A DNA stretch of 61,908 nt, counting the filler, from Deltaproteobacteria bacterium (GTDB taxonomy: Bacteria; JAUYMQ01), in the NCBI GenBank assembly GCA_030698575.1. It is 11 parts of 11 records of this genome, joined end to end, with 100 filler letters (N's around TTAATTAATTAA, not from the genome) between each part and the next. Parts side by side here need not be neighbours in the genome. Positions count along the whole stretch, not along the records: positions 23,389 to 33,112 come from JAUYMQ010000568.1; positions 33,213 to 37,743 come from JAUYMQ010000570.1; positions 37,844 to 47,214 come from JAUYMQ010000579.1; 8 more parts are not named here. One strand, 5' to 3'. The notes beneath the pieces are model-generated. The model was not told the origin of the DNA, ran no database searches, and worked only from the letters and a program-made list of their open reading frames with translations. The position numbers and the translations under genes were made by a program. Shown piece after piece: positions 30,397 through 41,504 of the stretch. Position 1 is the stretch's first letter; each line of letters starts with the position of its first letter.

Positions 30397-31713
30397 GTGG
30401 CATCGCGACCTTCCGCCATTCATCCCAGCCAGGCGCGCGCCGAGGGCTCCGAGCCCATGCCCCGCGTGCCGGAGAGCATCGAGGAGTCCGGCGTCGACGC
30501 CGAGTTCCTGAGCGCTCTGGCTCTGAAGATTGCTTTCCACGAGCTGCAGTGCACGACGGCCAAGGTGGCTGCGAAGATGCGCCTTCCCCTGGGCATCACT
30601 GACCAGCTCATGCACGCGCTGCGGCGCGAGCACTTCGTTTCGCTCACGAGCCAGATCGGCGAGATGAACCACTGTTACCAGCTCCTCGATCGCGGGGTCG
30701 AGCGCGTGCGCAGGATCTTCGAGGTGTCAGGTTACGAGGGCGTCGCGCCGGTATCTCTGGAATCCTACACGGCCTGGATGAACCGCCAGGCCGATCCTTC
30801 CACCGAGGTCATCCCGGAAGAAGTGCAGAAGGTGCTGGGCCCGCTCGTGCTTCAGCCACGCTGCGTGCAGGCCCTCGGTCTCTCCGCCTCGTCGCGGCGA
30901 AGCCTCTTTCTCACGGGCCCTCCGGGAAACGGCAAGACTTCCGCCGCCAGGCTCCTCCACGAGCTGAACCGCGGTGATATCTGGATTCCTCACGCCGTCG
31001 AGGTGGACGGGCAGGTCATCAAGATGTACGACCCCCATAACCACCAGGCCGCCGACGAGCATGATCTGCCGACCTGGATTGACCGGCGCTGGGTGAGAAT
31101 CCGGCGACCGCTCGTCATCGTGGGCGGTGAGCTGTCGATCGAGGACATGGACCTCATCTACAGCCCTAACCTGCGTTACTACGAGGCTCCGTTCCAGCTG
31201 AAGGCGAACGGCGGCACGCTGCTCATCGACGACTTCGGGCGGCAGCGGATCGATCCGAATGACCTCGTCAACCGGTGGATCGTCCCCCTTGAGCATGGCG
31301 TCGATTTCCTGACGCTGGCCACGGGCAAGAAGGTCGAATTCCCCTTCCGGCAGCTGCTCATCTTCTCGACCAACCTCGATCCCCAAAAGATCCTCGATCA
31401 GGCTTTCGCCCGGCGGCTGGGCTACCGCGTCCAGATGCGGCCGCCGACCGAAACGGAGTATCGGGAGATCTTCAGCCGCTACGCGAAGGATCATGGGCTC
31501 GAGGTGAGCGATGCGGATATCGATCGGCTCCTGGTGCGCTACAAGGCCGAGGGGAGAGAGCTGCGGGGGAGCGAGCCGCGGGACCTGGTTGAACGCGCGC
31601 TGGACATGAAGCGCTACGAGCGCAACATCGAGCACCCGATCACCGAACTGCTCGAGCGGGCCTGGGAAAACTACTTCGGCGGGCCCGACTGGAGCGCTAC
31701 TGGCGGCGACTGA
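30397..31713 (+). CDS. Uncharacterised AAA+ ATPase
   Basis: Walker A GPPGNGKT, Walker B LLIDDFGRQ, FSTNL. Confidence 0.85.
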   Translation: MASRPSAIHPSQARAEGSEPMPRVPESIEESGVDAEFLSALALKIAFHELQCTTAKVAAKMRLPLGITDQLMHALRREHFVSLTSQIGEMNHCYQLLDRGVERVRRIFEVSGYEGVAPVSLESYTAWMNRQADPSTEVIPEEVQKVLGPLVLQPRCVQALGLSASSRRSLFLTGPPGNGKTSAARLLHELNRGDIWIPHAVEVDGQVIKMYDPHNHQAADEHDLPTWIDRRWVRIRRPLVIVGGELSIEDMDLIYSPNLRYYEAPFQLKANGGTLLIDDFGRQRIDPNDLVNRWIVPLEHGVDFLTLATGKKVEFPFRQLLIFSTNLDPQKILDQAFARRLGYRVQMRPPTETEYREIFSRYAKDHGLEVSDADIDRLLVRYKAEGRELRGSEPRDLVERALDMKRYERNIEHPITELLERAWENYFGGPDWSATGGD

Positions 31714-31736
31714 GCCGGGACGATAGAATTCCGGCC

Positions 31737-32114
31737 GTGAATGCCCCCGGCGGAGAATCTAGAAGCGCGCTGCGAGTCCTGCTCGCAAGCGCGCTTTTAT
31801 TTGGTTCCGCCTGGAGCCTCTCCGGCTGCGGGACGGGGATCGACGGAGGCAATGAGGCATCCGGGACGCCGGCCGACCGTGGTCGGCGCGTCTACAAGGT
31901 GAACTGCACCGTCTGCCACAATGCCGACCCTTCTCTGCCGGGCGCCGTGGGGCCGGCCATCAAGGGGTCATCGCCGGAACTCGTCGAGGCGCGCGTTCTC
32001 CGCGCCGAGTATCCACCGGGCTACACGCCTCAGCGCGACTCAAAGCTCATGCCCGCCCAGCCTCACCTTGCCAAGGACATCGACGCCCTGGCGGCCTTCC
32101 TGGGTTCTCCCTGA
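31737..32114 (+). CDS. Lipoprotein c-type cytochrome
   Basis: LSGC lipobox; CTVCH. Confidence 0.85.
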   Translation: MNAPGGESRSALRVLLASALLFGSAWSLSGCGTGIDGGNEASGTPADRGRRVYKVNCTVCHNADPSLPGAVGPAIKGSSPELVEARVLRAEYPPGYTPQRDSKLMPAQPHLAKDIDALAAFLGSP

Positions 32115-32353
32115 GCATGACGCGCCCGTCCTCTACGAATAGTCGGCTTGCCGTGAAATCGAGCCCTTCCAGCCCCCCGAGATGGCCCCTGCGCCGCCCG
32201 CGGCCGTGATAATCTCAACCCCTCGACGGGCCGACATATTTTCAGTCCTCACCGTGAAGCGGGAAATCGGAAATTATGGCTCGTGCCTATGATAGTCTCG
32301 ACGAGGCCGCATCACGCCCCATCCTGAAAGACAGTCTCTAACAGAAGCACAGC

Positions 32354-33112
32354 ATGAAGACAAATAACAAATGGGTGACCAGATTCTCGCTTCTTGTAAA
32401 CGCGATAACTTTGATACTTCTACTAGCTATTTGCCTCCACTATTCAGTTCACAAGATCATAGTAAAGAAGCTTGGCTGGGGGTCATCTTCGGCAATAAAA
32501 TCGCAACCTAGCTATGCTGACAATAAGACTTATTGGGTCCAAAAAAGCTTGTTCGATATGTATAGGCCGAGTCATGTAAGAATTGTCATGTTGGGGGATT
32601 CTATTACTCACAACGCAGACTGGAATGAACTCTTAACGAGAACAGATGTTGCGAATAGAGGAGTATCTGGTGATACGACTGAAGGCTTTTTGAATCGCTT
32701 GAATGATGTTTACGCGTTGCATCCGAAGCTTTGTTTCATCATGGGGGGGACCAATGATTTTGGGAAAGGGGCGGAGGTCGAAGAGGTCTACGCAAACTAT
32801 ATAGAGATCGTCAAGAGTCTCCAAGCATACTCTATCGTTCCTATTATTCAATCGACCATAACGATCTTATCAGATGATCCCTATTATATTGACATTAGCA
32901 ATAAAATAAGGCGACTTAACGATGCTTTGAAACTTTATGCCTATGCGAATGGTATTATATTTGTCGATGTCAATGAACAACTGAGCACAAAGAATGTTCT
33001 GTCTTCACAGTATACTTATGATGGCATGCATCTTTTGGGTAGTGGCTACGCTAAATGGAGGGACCTGATCTTGCCGATCATCAGGAGTCAGCTAGGCGAA
33101 TCGAAAGGGGCC
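32354..33112 (+). CDS. SGNH/GDSL hydrolase (stop not reached)
   Basis: GDSIT, NRGVSG, GGTND, DGMH; N-terminal TM helix. Confidence 0.9.
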
Positions 33113-33212
33113 NNNNNNNNNNNNNNNNNNNNNNNNNNNNNNNNNNNNNNNNNNNNTTAATTAATTAANNNNNNNNNNNNNNNNNNNNNNNNNNNNNNNN
33201 NNNNNNNNNNNN

Positions 33213-34021
33213 TTGATCCGAAAACCGAGGCCATCACGCTGCACGATCAGCCCGACGAGGGCATGTATCCGCATACCCTGCGCTTCGATTCCGAGGGAAA
33301 GATCTGGTACACGCTGGCCCTGAGCAACCACGTCGCCCGATTCGATACGGCGACGGACGAGTTCAAGCTCTACCGCCTGCCGACCCGGACCAGGGCGGAG
33401 GCCTTCTTCGTCCGCACGCTCGATTTCTGGTTGTGGTTCTCTGACAAGTTCGGCGTGATGGATCTCTCGACCTCCGATCCCGAGCTCCTGCCGATCGCCT
33501 ATGGCATCGACATCGCGCCCGACGGCGCCGTCTGGTTCAGCCAGTTCAACCACCGGCGGATCGGACGGCTCGATCCGGCCTCCGGCGAGATCCGGATGAT
33601 CGACACGCCGTTCTACGGCCCGCGCCGCATGCGCTTCGACTCGAAGGGAATTCTCTGGATCCCGGCCTACGCCGAGGGGAGGATCTATCGTTTTGATCCC
33701 TCCGACGATTCGTTCCGCGCATACGATCTGCCGACGGGAAGGGGCGACATGCCCTACGCCCTCGCCGTGGATCGCCGGACCGACAATGTGTGGATCTGCG
33801 GGACGAACTCCGACACGATCATCCGCTTTAATCCCGCGACGGAACAATTCACGGTCTATCCTCTCCCGACCCGCGTGACTTTCACGCGCGAGATCGACGT
33901 CGATGAGCACGGAAACGTCTGGACAAGCAACTCGAACATGCCTGGCTGGCAGATCGAGGGCGGGCAGCCCAAGATCATTCGTCTCTCCTTCCCGGAGGAC
34001 GTCCGGCAGGCCGCGCGCTAG
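33213..34021 (+). CDS. Vgb lyase-like beta-propeller protein (5'-truncated)
   Basis: Repeated PxxxxxDxxGxxW blades (YGIDIAPDGAVWF, FDSKGILW, VDEHGNVW). Confidence 0.75.
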
Positions 34022-34124
34022 TGCAGCGATAACGCGCTCCCTGAACACGCAATGACAGCTTTTCCCTGACGGCGATGAAGGCATCGTACCCGCCTGCCTG
34101 AACGCGCGCCGGAAGGGGAAGGCC

Positions 34125-35657
34125 ATGCGAAAGCTCGCGGCGGCGGTTCTCTCGGGAATTCTCCTCGCACGGGCCTTTCCTCCCCATGGAGTCGCGCCTT
34201 TCGCGTGGATCGCGCTTCTCCCCCTTCTTCTCTCCCTTCGCGGAACAGGCAGGGCCGTGTTCGTGCGGGGCTTCGCGGCGGGTGCGACTTTCTATCTGCT
34301 GTCGATGTCCTGGGTCATGGCGATGGTGCGCGATTACGCGGGCGCATCGCGCGCCGTCAGCGTCGGCGCCTATCTTCTGCTCGCCGCTTACCTCGCGGCC
34401 TACACGGGCCTCTTCGCCCTGGCGATGCGCCGTGGAACCGATCGCTTCGGCCCCGCGGGTCTGCTCCTCGCCCCATTCCTGTGGGTCGCCCTCGAGTGGG
34501 CGAACACGATCCTCTTCACCGGATTTCACTGGAACCCTCTTTCCGCGAGCCAGGGGCATCTGCCCGTGCTCGCCGGCGTCGCCCGGTCCGCCGGATCCGC
34601 GGGCATGTCTTTTCTCGTTGTTCTCGCCAATGCGACGCTCACCCTGGCGGTAGCGCCCCTTATTGTCGCTGGCGGCGCGGTAGCGGCGCGCCCCGACGGC
34701 CGCGCACTGGTTCTCGCGGGCGCGCTTCTCGCGCTGATTCCACTGTCAGGTTTCGCGCGCCCGCTGCCTCTGCCGCAGGGCGGCGCGGCCGCGCGTGGCC
34801 TCCACCTGCGCCTGGTGAATCCCGCGGTCGCACAGGACGCGAAGTGGACGCTCTCTTTTCAGCGAAAAGCACTCTCCCAGCTTGCCGCGCTGAGCCGGGC
34901 CGGCGCCGGCAAGCCTGATCTCGTGTTGTGGCCCGAGGCCGCCGTGCCGTTCCCGTTCGACGAGAATCCCTTCGGGGCGGCGGCGGTGGGAAGGCTCGCC
35001 CGGTCCATCGGCGCGGGCATCATGTTTGGATCGCCGGGGCGGTACGGGGAAGGGGAGGGGGTGCTGTCCACGAACAGCGTCTTCCTCGTGAATCGCGACG
35101 GAAACCTCGCCGGCCGCTACGACAAGCGGCGGCTCGTTCCCTTCGGCGAGTACGTCCCCCTGCGCCCGCTTCTCTCCGCCATCCCGGCGGTGGCCGCGGG
35201 GCCCGCCGCTACGGGCGAGCTTGGCCCCGGAGACGCAGCGGGCCCGCTGCAGATCGGGAATATCGCTCTCGGGCCGCTCGTTTGCTACGAGGCGATCTTT
35301 TCCGATCTGGCGGCGGAAGCGATGGCGGCGGGGGCCGAGGCGCTCGTCAATCTCACCAACGACGCCTGGCTCGGGACGGCGGGTGCGGCGCAGCATTTTG
35401 CGATGGCGCGCCTGCGTGCGCTCGAATCAGCGGCGCCGCTGGTTCGCGTGGCAAATCGCGGGACGAGCGCGCTTATAGGCGCGGACGGCGTCGCGCGGTG
35501 CGTGCTTGAGGGCGATGCGGCCGGTACGGTCGATTGCGCGCTTGAACTCACCGGCGCGCCTTTCGCCCCCGCGCCGCTCCAGCCGCTCTTCGCACCGTCC
35601 TGCGCCGTTCTCTCCCTTGCGGCGCTTCTCTGGCCCACGGCCCGGCGACGCCGGTGA
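34125..35657 (+). CDS. lnt: Apolipoprotein N-acyltransferase
   Basis: LWPEAA, YDKRRLVPFGEYVP, LVCYEAIF, NLTNDAW. Confidence 0.93.
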   Translation: MRKLAAAVLSGILLARAFPPHGVAPFAWIALLPLLLSLRGTGRAVFVRGFAAGATFYLLSMSWVMAMVRDYAGASRAVSVGAYLLLAAYLAAYTGLFALAMRRGTDRFGPAGLLLAPFLWVALEWANTILFTGFHWNPLSASQGHLPVLAGVARSAGSAGMSFLVVLANATLTLAVAPLIVAGGAVAARPDGRALVLAGALLALIPLSGFARPLPLPQGGAAARGLHLRLVNPAVAQDAKWTLSFQRKALSQLAALSRAGAGKPDLVLWPEAAVPFPFDENPFGAAAVGRLARSIGAGIMFGSPGRYGEGEGVLSTNSVFLVNRDGNLAGRYDKRRLVPFGEYVPLRPLLSAIPAVAAGPAATGELGPGDAAGPLQIGNIALGPLVCYEAIFSDLAAEAMAAGAEALVNLTNDAWLGTAGAAQHFAMARLRALESAAPLVRVANRGTSALIGADGVARCVLEGDAAGTVDCALELTGAPFAPAPLQPLFAPSCAVLSLAALLWPTARRRR

Positions 35658-35861
35658 ACCGCTGCTGTAGCAGCGGTGCGACGGTGCCGTTGTCGGGCCT
35701 GTCCGGCACCCCGGTAGTCCTGTCGCATGCCGCGGCGGGTTGCGGGCGGATTTCTGGCCCGCCCCGCTGGCATGCCGCTTGCTTACTGACTCATGACAAC
35801 CCGCAGGATGCACTTCCCCGTTCCTCCCTTGCGAGCGGTGCCTCGAGGAGGTCCAGGGAAC

Positions 35862-37743
35862 ATGAAGACGCGCACGGAACTGCTCGCGATCACCCTTTCC
35901 CTTTCCCTTTTGCTCACGCTCGGCCCGGAACCCGGCGCGGCAATCGCCGCCGTCGAGGCGGAATCAACTTCCGATCCGGCCGCGTCGGGCAAGCCCGCCT
36001 CGGGCGCGGGCGTCATGGCCACGGGGCTCGAAGCCTTCAAGACCGATCTGGCGACCGGCGCTGCCTCCTTCAGCTTTTCCATCGAGACACCCCCCGGGAC
36101 CGGCGGCATGCAGCCGGAGATCGCGCTCTCCTACAGTTCGTCCGCCGGCAACGGCTGGGCCGGGTTCGGGTGGACGGTCGATCTGGGCCGCATCGCGCGC
36201 CGCACCGAGCGCGGCGCGCCGAGCTACGACGATGCGGCCGACACCTTCGGCCTCGACGGCGCCCGCCTCGTTGCTGGAACCGGAGGCGAATATCACACGG
36301 AGATCGAATCGTTCCTCCGGATCAGACATCTCGCCGCCGGAACCATTGCCGATCACTGGGAGGTCGCATCAAAGGACGGGCGCAAGCTCCGATTCGGCGC
36401 GACGGCAAATAGCCGCATCGCCGACCCGGCGGACCCCTCCCGGATTTTCGCCTGGCTTCTCGACCGCGTGGAGGATGCCTTCGGAAACTTCATGACCGTC
36501 AGCTACCAGGACGGTGGAGATGCGCCCAACCGGTATCCTGCGGCGGTGAACTACACCTTCCATGCCGGCCCGCCCGAGTCTGGCGGGCTCGTGGGGGGTG
36601 TCGGGAGGCGCGTGGAGTTTTGCCTCGAGGGAAGCGACGATGCCTGCGAGCCGGCCGCGCCCGCCCTTCGCGCCGATCCTGTCAGCAGCTACGTCAGCGG
36701 ATTCCGCGTTCAGACCTCGCGACGGCTCACGAGCATCCGCACCTTCGTCGACGGCCAGCCTGTCCGGCGATACGACCTGGCCTACCTGAACCCCGGAGAG
36801 CCTGCCGGGGCCAGTTCGGCAACTTCCCGTCTCGTTTCGCTTCAGGTCGCGGGTAGCGCGGGAACGAAACTTCCCGCGATGACCTTTGGCTATTCCCCGG
36901 GCGCCGCGGGCTATGCGCTGGAGGCAGGCTGGGCCAACCCCTCGGGAGCGAACGATCAGTTCGGGAAGAAGTACGAGGAGATACGAAAGCAGAGGGCGAG
37001 CGGCGCCGGGCTGGCCGGGGTGATCGATCTCGACGGCGACGGCGTGCCCGACCGGGTGACGAATGGAGACGCGCTCTTCTGGAATTTTCACAGGGCGCTT
37101 CCCGAGGGCGGATACGGCGCTCGCGATCTCTGGGAATACGGCTCGGGTGATCAGACGAGCAGCTTCGAGACGCGGGAGATCACCGATCTCGACGGCGCCC
37201 ACGTTCAAGCGGACGTGATCGATCTCGATGGCGACGGCCTGCCGGATCGCCTGGCGGAGCGCAAGGATGCCGCGGGCCTCTGGGACGTCTACTGGAACGA
37301 CGGGAGCGCCTTCACGGAGCAGCCGGGCGGCGGCCCGTTTATCTGGGCGAATCCGTCGGGGAGCATGGACGAGATTTACGATTCGCTGAGGCGGTACGAC
37401 GGCCAGGGAGGGAACAACCTTATTGCCGAGATTATCGATCTGAACGGTGATGGGTTTCCCGATCGCCTTCTGGGGGGGAAGAACAGTTTTCCCGATCCCT
37501 GGAAGGTTTACCTGAGCGATGGGAGGAATGGTTTCTCGGCCGGGCCGATCGACTGGGCGAACCCCTCCGGTTCGGAGGGGGACGGGAGCAACGGCGACAT
37601 CCAGAGGCGGAACAACACGGGCGTGCTCGCCGATCTTGTTGATCTGAACGGCGACGGCCTTCCAGACCGCGTGGTGAAGGACGCAAGGACGGCGTGGAAG
37701 GTCTGGTTCAACACAGGGAAGGGCTTCGAGAGCGTCGCCCGGC
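35862..37743 (+). CDS. SpvB/TcaC-like N-domain + FG-GAP repeat protein, probable RHS/Tc-B-like (3'-truncated)
   Basis: TGAASFSFSIETPPGTGGMQPEIALSYSS...GFGW; WLLDRVEDAFGN; four DL[DN]GDGxPDR repeats. Confidence 0.85.
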
Positions 37744-37843
37744 NNNNNNNNNNNNNNNNNNNNNNNNNNNNNNNNNNNNNNNNNNNNTTAATTAATTAAN
37801 NNNNNNNNNNNNNNNNNNNNNNNNNNNNNNNNNNNNNNNNNNN

Positions 37844-38103
37844 TGCAGCGCGCCATGGCGCGCCAGGCGGAGGCGGAGCGCGAGCGACGGGGGAAGGTCA
37901 TCGCCGCGGAGGGCGAGTTCCAGGCCGCCCAGAAGCTCAACGAGGCCGCTGTCATCATGTCCGGCAATCCCATCACCATCCAGCTTCGCTACCTTCAGAC
38001 GCTGGGGGAGATCGCCTCCGAGACTAATTCGGTCACTCTCTTCCCGATCCCAATCGACATCATCCAGGGCTTCCTGGATATGAAGAAGAACATCGGGGCC
38101 TGA
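37844..38103 (+). CDS. SPFH/stomatin (slipin) family protein, C-terminus
   Basis: [22 protein letters not shown]...LRYLQTL...FPIPID. Confidence 0.9.
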
Positions 38104-38140
38104 GGCGCCTCTCTGGCCCCTCCGGGGCCCATCGCACGCG

Positions 38141-39220
38141 CTATTCCTCGACGGTGAAGAGGAGCGCCCCTCCAAGGAGGGCGTAGCCGAGGTTGGGAAG
38201 CCAGGCTGCCAGCATCGGGTGGAAGGTGCCCTGGCGCCCGAAGGCGAGGCTGTAGGCGAGGACGAACCAGTAACTCGATGCCAGAATGATGGCTAGGAGG
38301 ATCCCGATCGGCCGCTGTCCGGCGCGCGTGGTGCGAAGCGCGAACGGGATGGCGATCAGGCATGAGAGCAGGCTGATAAGCGGAGTCGAGAGCTTGGCCT
38401 GGAGGTCGACGAGGTACTTCGTCGGGTCGTAACCGTCCTCCCGGATTTTTTCGATGTAGGCCTTCAGATCCAGGTAAGAGAAGTTGTTCGGATCGGGCGC
38501 CAGGACCTTGAAGCTTTCCGGTGTTTCGGGAATGTCGACGGGCATCTCCTTCGCCGTCACGACCCTGGCCCCGCCGTCCGGCTGGAATTCCCGGCTCACG
38601 ACATCGTAGAAGATCCAGCGCCCGTCGACCCAGCGCCCGCCTTTGGCATCGACCCTCCCGACCGGCCGGAATTTCTCCCCCATCCTGTAAATGGTGATCG
38701 GGCCCAGGGCCTTTCTCAGGTAGTCGAAGCTGCCGATGTTGTAGATTGCATTCTCGCTCCGGAACCAGAAGTTGTCGCGGGTGAAATAGACGTCGCTCGC
38801 GTCTCGCTTGATCTCCAGCTTGTAGATCTTCGAGCTCTTGGCGTTGCCAGCGGGAACAAGAAACTCGTTGTTGACGAAGGCGAAGGCCGAAAGGGCGAGC
38901 GCAGCCAGAAGGAGCGGCACTACGGCGCGCAGCACCGAGATCCCGTTGCTCCTGACGGCCATGATCTCGTTGTTCCGCGAAAGGATGGTGAGGACGAACA
39001 GCGTCGCGAGGAGTACCGCCACCGGCATGGCGTAGAATACGATCTGCGGGAACTTGTAGAAGTAGTAGAGGGCCCCGGCCATGAAGGGGGCGTTGTACTT
39101 GACCAGATCTCCCACGTTGTCCAGGAAGTCGATGACGTAGAATATGGTCGTGAACCCCGCGAGTGTCGCCGCGAAGAACTTCAGGAACTCGCGCAGGATG
39201 TAACGAGACAGGATTCGCAT
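38141..39220 (-). CDS. lptG: LPS export ABC permease LptG
   Basis: MRILSRYILREF, LSRNNEIMAVRSNGIS, AAWLPN. Confidence 0.85.
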   Translation of the reverse strand: MRILSRYILREFLKFFAATLAGFTTIFYVIDFLDNVGDLVKYNAPFMAGALYYFYKFPQIVFYAMPVAVLLATLFVLTILSRNNEIMAVRSNGISVLRAVVPLLLAALALSAFAFVNNEFLVPAGNAKSSKIYKLEIKRDASDVYFTRDNFWFRSENAIYNIGSFDYLRKALGPITIYRMGEKFRPVGRVDAKGGRWVDGRWIFYDVVSREFQPDGGARVVTAKEMPVDIPETPESFKVLAPDPNNFSYLDLKAYIEKIREDGYDPTKYLVDLQAKLSTPLISLLSCLIAIPFALRTTRAGQRPIGILLAIILASSYWFVLAYSLAFGRQGTFHPMLAAWLPNLGYALLGGALLFTVEE

Positions 39221-39428
39221 AGGCCAGTCGCCGGGGTCCCGGGTTTCAGAGCCGCCCTCCGCCGGAGTCATTGCTCGACGAGGAAACGGCCGGGGAGCGG
39301 GCAGGGAAGTCTATGGTATAATCCCTGCCCTGACAACGCTTTTCTGGCCGGTCCGGGCCACCCCCCGGCGCTCGCGCCGCCTCGCTGGGCGGCTCGGCGC
39401 AGGCGCCGCCGAGCGAGCAGAGAGCTCC

Positions 39429-40439
39429 ATGGAGATCATCGAAGGCAGTTCCTCCATCCGGCCCGGACTCCGCTCCCCCATCGTCACGATCGGAAACTTC
39501 GACGGGGTACACGTCGGACACCAGAAGATCTTCCAGACGGTGACCCGCCGCGCCCGCGAGGTGAGTGGCCAGTCGGTCTGCTATACCTTCGAACCCCATC
39601 CGCAGCGAATCATCGCTCCCGACTATTGCCCGCCCCTGCTGCTCACGCGGCGAAAGAAAATTGCGCTGATTGCCCGACAGGGCATCGATCTGTTGATCAT
39701 CGAGGCCTTCACCCATGCCTTCTCCCAGCAGAGCGCAGAGGACTTCCTGACGAAAGTGCTTCACGCGCAGCTCTCGCCCAGGGAGGTCTATGTGGGACAC
39801 GATTTCCACTTCGGCAAGGGGAGGGCAGCGTCCTTCGCGAGCCTCCAGGCAATGGGCGAGAAGCTCGGATTCGGCGTGCACGTTATCGAGGAGGTTCTCT
39901 CCGAGGACGAGGAGGTTTCGAGCTCGCGGATCCGGCGGCTCGTGGCCGAGGGAAAAGTGGAGGAGGCTGCCCGGCTACTGGGACGCGCCTTCACGGTGGA
40001 GGGGACGGTTATCCCGGGCGCGGCGCGCGGTCAGTCACTCGGCTTCGCGACGGCGAATATCGAAGTGGAGAACGAGCTTCTTCCGGCCGACGGGGTTTAC
40101 GCGGTTTTCGGACGGCTCGGCGAACCGCCTGAACAGGAGCCGCGGGAAGTTGCCGGCACGGCGATGGTCGATCCGCTGGCGGGAAAGCGCCTTCTCGCGG
40201 GAGTGGCGAACATCGGTTTCGCGCCCACCTTCGGTGCGCGCCGCCGCGCGCTGGAGGTTCACTTCCTCGATGTCGAGGGCGAACTCTACGGCAGCCACGT
40301 GGAGGTGCTCTTCCTCGGGAGGCTGCGCGAGGAACGGAAATTCTCCAACGCCGCCGCGCTGGCGGCCCAAATCGGCAGGGACGTGGAGGCTGCCCGGCGC
40401 CTTCATGCGGAAAACGAATGGCGAACTCGTGACGAGTGA
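39429..40439 (+). CDS. ribF: Bifunctional riboflavin kinase/FAD synthetase
   Basis: IGNFDGVHVGH, TFEPHP, SSSRIR, GFATAN, LEVH. Confidence 0.95.
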   Translation: MEIIEGSSSIRPGLRSPIVTIGNFDGVHVGHQKIFQTVTRRAREVSGQSVCYTFEPHPQRIIAPDYCPPLLLTRRKKIALIARQGIDLLIIEAFTHAFSQQSAEDFLTKVLHAQLSPREVYVGHDFHFGKGRAASFASLQAMGEKLGFGVHVIEEVLSEDEEVSSSRIRRLVAEGKVEEAARLLGRAFTVEGTVIPGAARGQSLGFATANIEVENELLPADGVYAVFGRLGEPPEQEPREVAGTAMVDPLAGKRLLAGVANIGFAPTFGARRRALEVHFLDVEGELYGSHVEVLFLGRLREERKFSNAAALAAQIGRDVEAARRLHAENEWRTRDE

Positions 40440-40598
40440 GGGCGGGGTCCCTCCCCGGGGCACCAGGGGCCTTCGGCGCCCCTTGAGCGCCAAGTATCTG
40501 TCCTGATTGAGAATATTTGCCAGCCGTCCGTGCGTTGGTTCCGGACAAAGGCGTAAAGAAGTTCCCCCTATTACCGATAAAAAGAAGGACCTCAGCGA

Positions 40599-41456
40599 AT
40601 GACGAAGATTGTCGGGATCTTTGGCGACCCGATCGGGCACACGCTCTCACCCGTCATGCATAACGCGGCCTTCCGCGCGCTGGGGCTCGACTGGGTATAC
40701 GTGCCCGCGCGCGTGCGGCCGGCGGATCTTGCGGCTGCGCTCCGCGGAATGCGCGCGATGGGGTGGGGGGGCGTCAACCTGACGATCCCCCACAAGGAAC
40801 GCGCGATGCGCCTCGTCGATCGCGCGAGCCGGGCGGCCAGACTCACCGGCGCAGTCAACACGATTGTCATCACGCCTCGCGGGTTGGCCGGCCACAACAC
40901 GGACGGCAGCGGATACGTCGCGGCCCTGCGGGAGGAACTGGATCTCGATCCGCGCGGAAAACGCGTGGTGATCCTGGGGGCGGGCGGGGCGGCGCGCGGC
41001 ATCGGCGTGGCGCTACTCGAGGCGGGCGTATCGCAGTTCACGATCCTTAACAGAACGCCGGCGCGGGCGGCCTCGCTGGCACGGCATTTCCGGAAGGGTT
41101 TCAAGCAGGCGCAGATAGTCTCGGGAGGACTCGCCCGGCAGCGCGCCTCGAAAACGTTTGCGGATGCGGACCTGCTGGTCAACGCAACCGCGGTTGGAAT
41201 GGGGGGGACGGCCCACCGGGGACTTCCGCTCCAGGCGCTCCCGAAACGCGCCGTTGTGAGCGACATCGTCTACCGCCCGTTTCGCACACCGCTGCTGGAG
41301 GCCGCCTCCGGGCACGGTTTGAGGACGCAGGGCGGACTGGGGATGCTGCTTCAGCAGGGCGCAGAGGCTTTTACGCTCTGGACCGGCCAGCCGGCGCCGG
41401 TCGACATCATGCGACGCGCTCTCCGGCGAGCACTTTCAAGGGCAGGCCCTGGCTGA
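40599..41456 (+). CDS. aroE: Shikimate dehydrogenase
   Basis: HTLSPVMHN, NLTIPHK, GAVNT, NTDG, GAGGAAR. Confidence 0.95.
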   Translation: MTKIVGIFGDPIGHTLSPVMHNAAFRALGLDWVYVPARVRPADLAAALRGMRAMGWGGVNLTIPHKERAMRLVDRASRAARLTGAVNTIVITPRGLAGHNTDGSGYVAALREELDLDPRGKRVVILGAGGAARGIGVALLEAGVSQFTILNRTPARAASLARHFRKGFKQAQIVSGGLARQRASKTFADADLLVNATAVGMGGTAHRGLPLQALPKRAVVSDIVYRPFRTPLLEAASGHGLRTQGGLGMLLQQGAEAFTLWTGQPAPVDIMRRALRRALSRAGPG

Positions 41457-41504
41457 TCCCGTCCCGAGGACGGGGTCGCGGGCCGCGCCCCGAATCGGGA
41501 AAGC

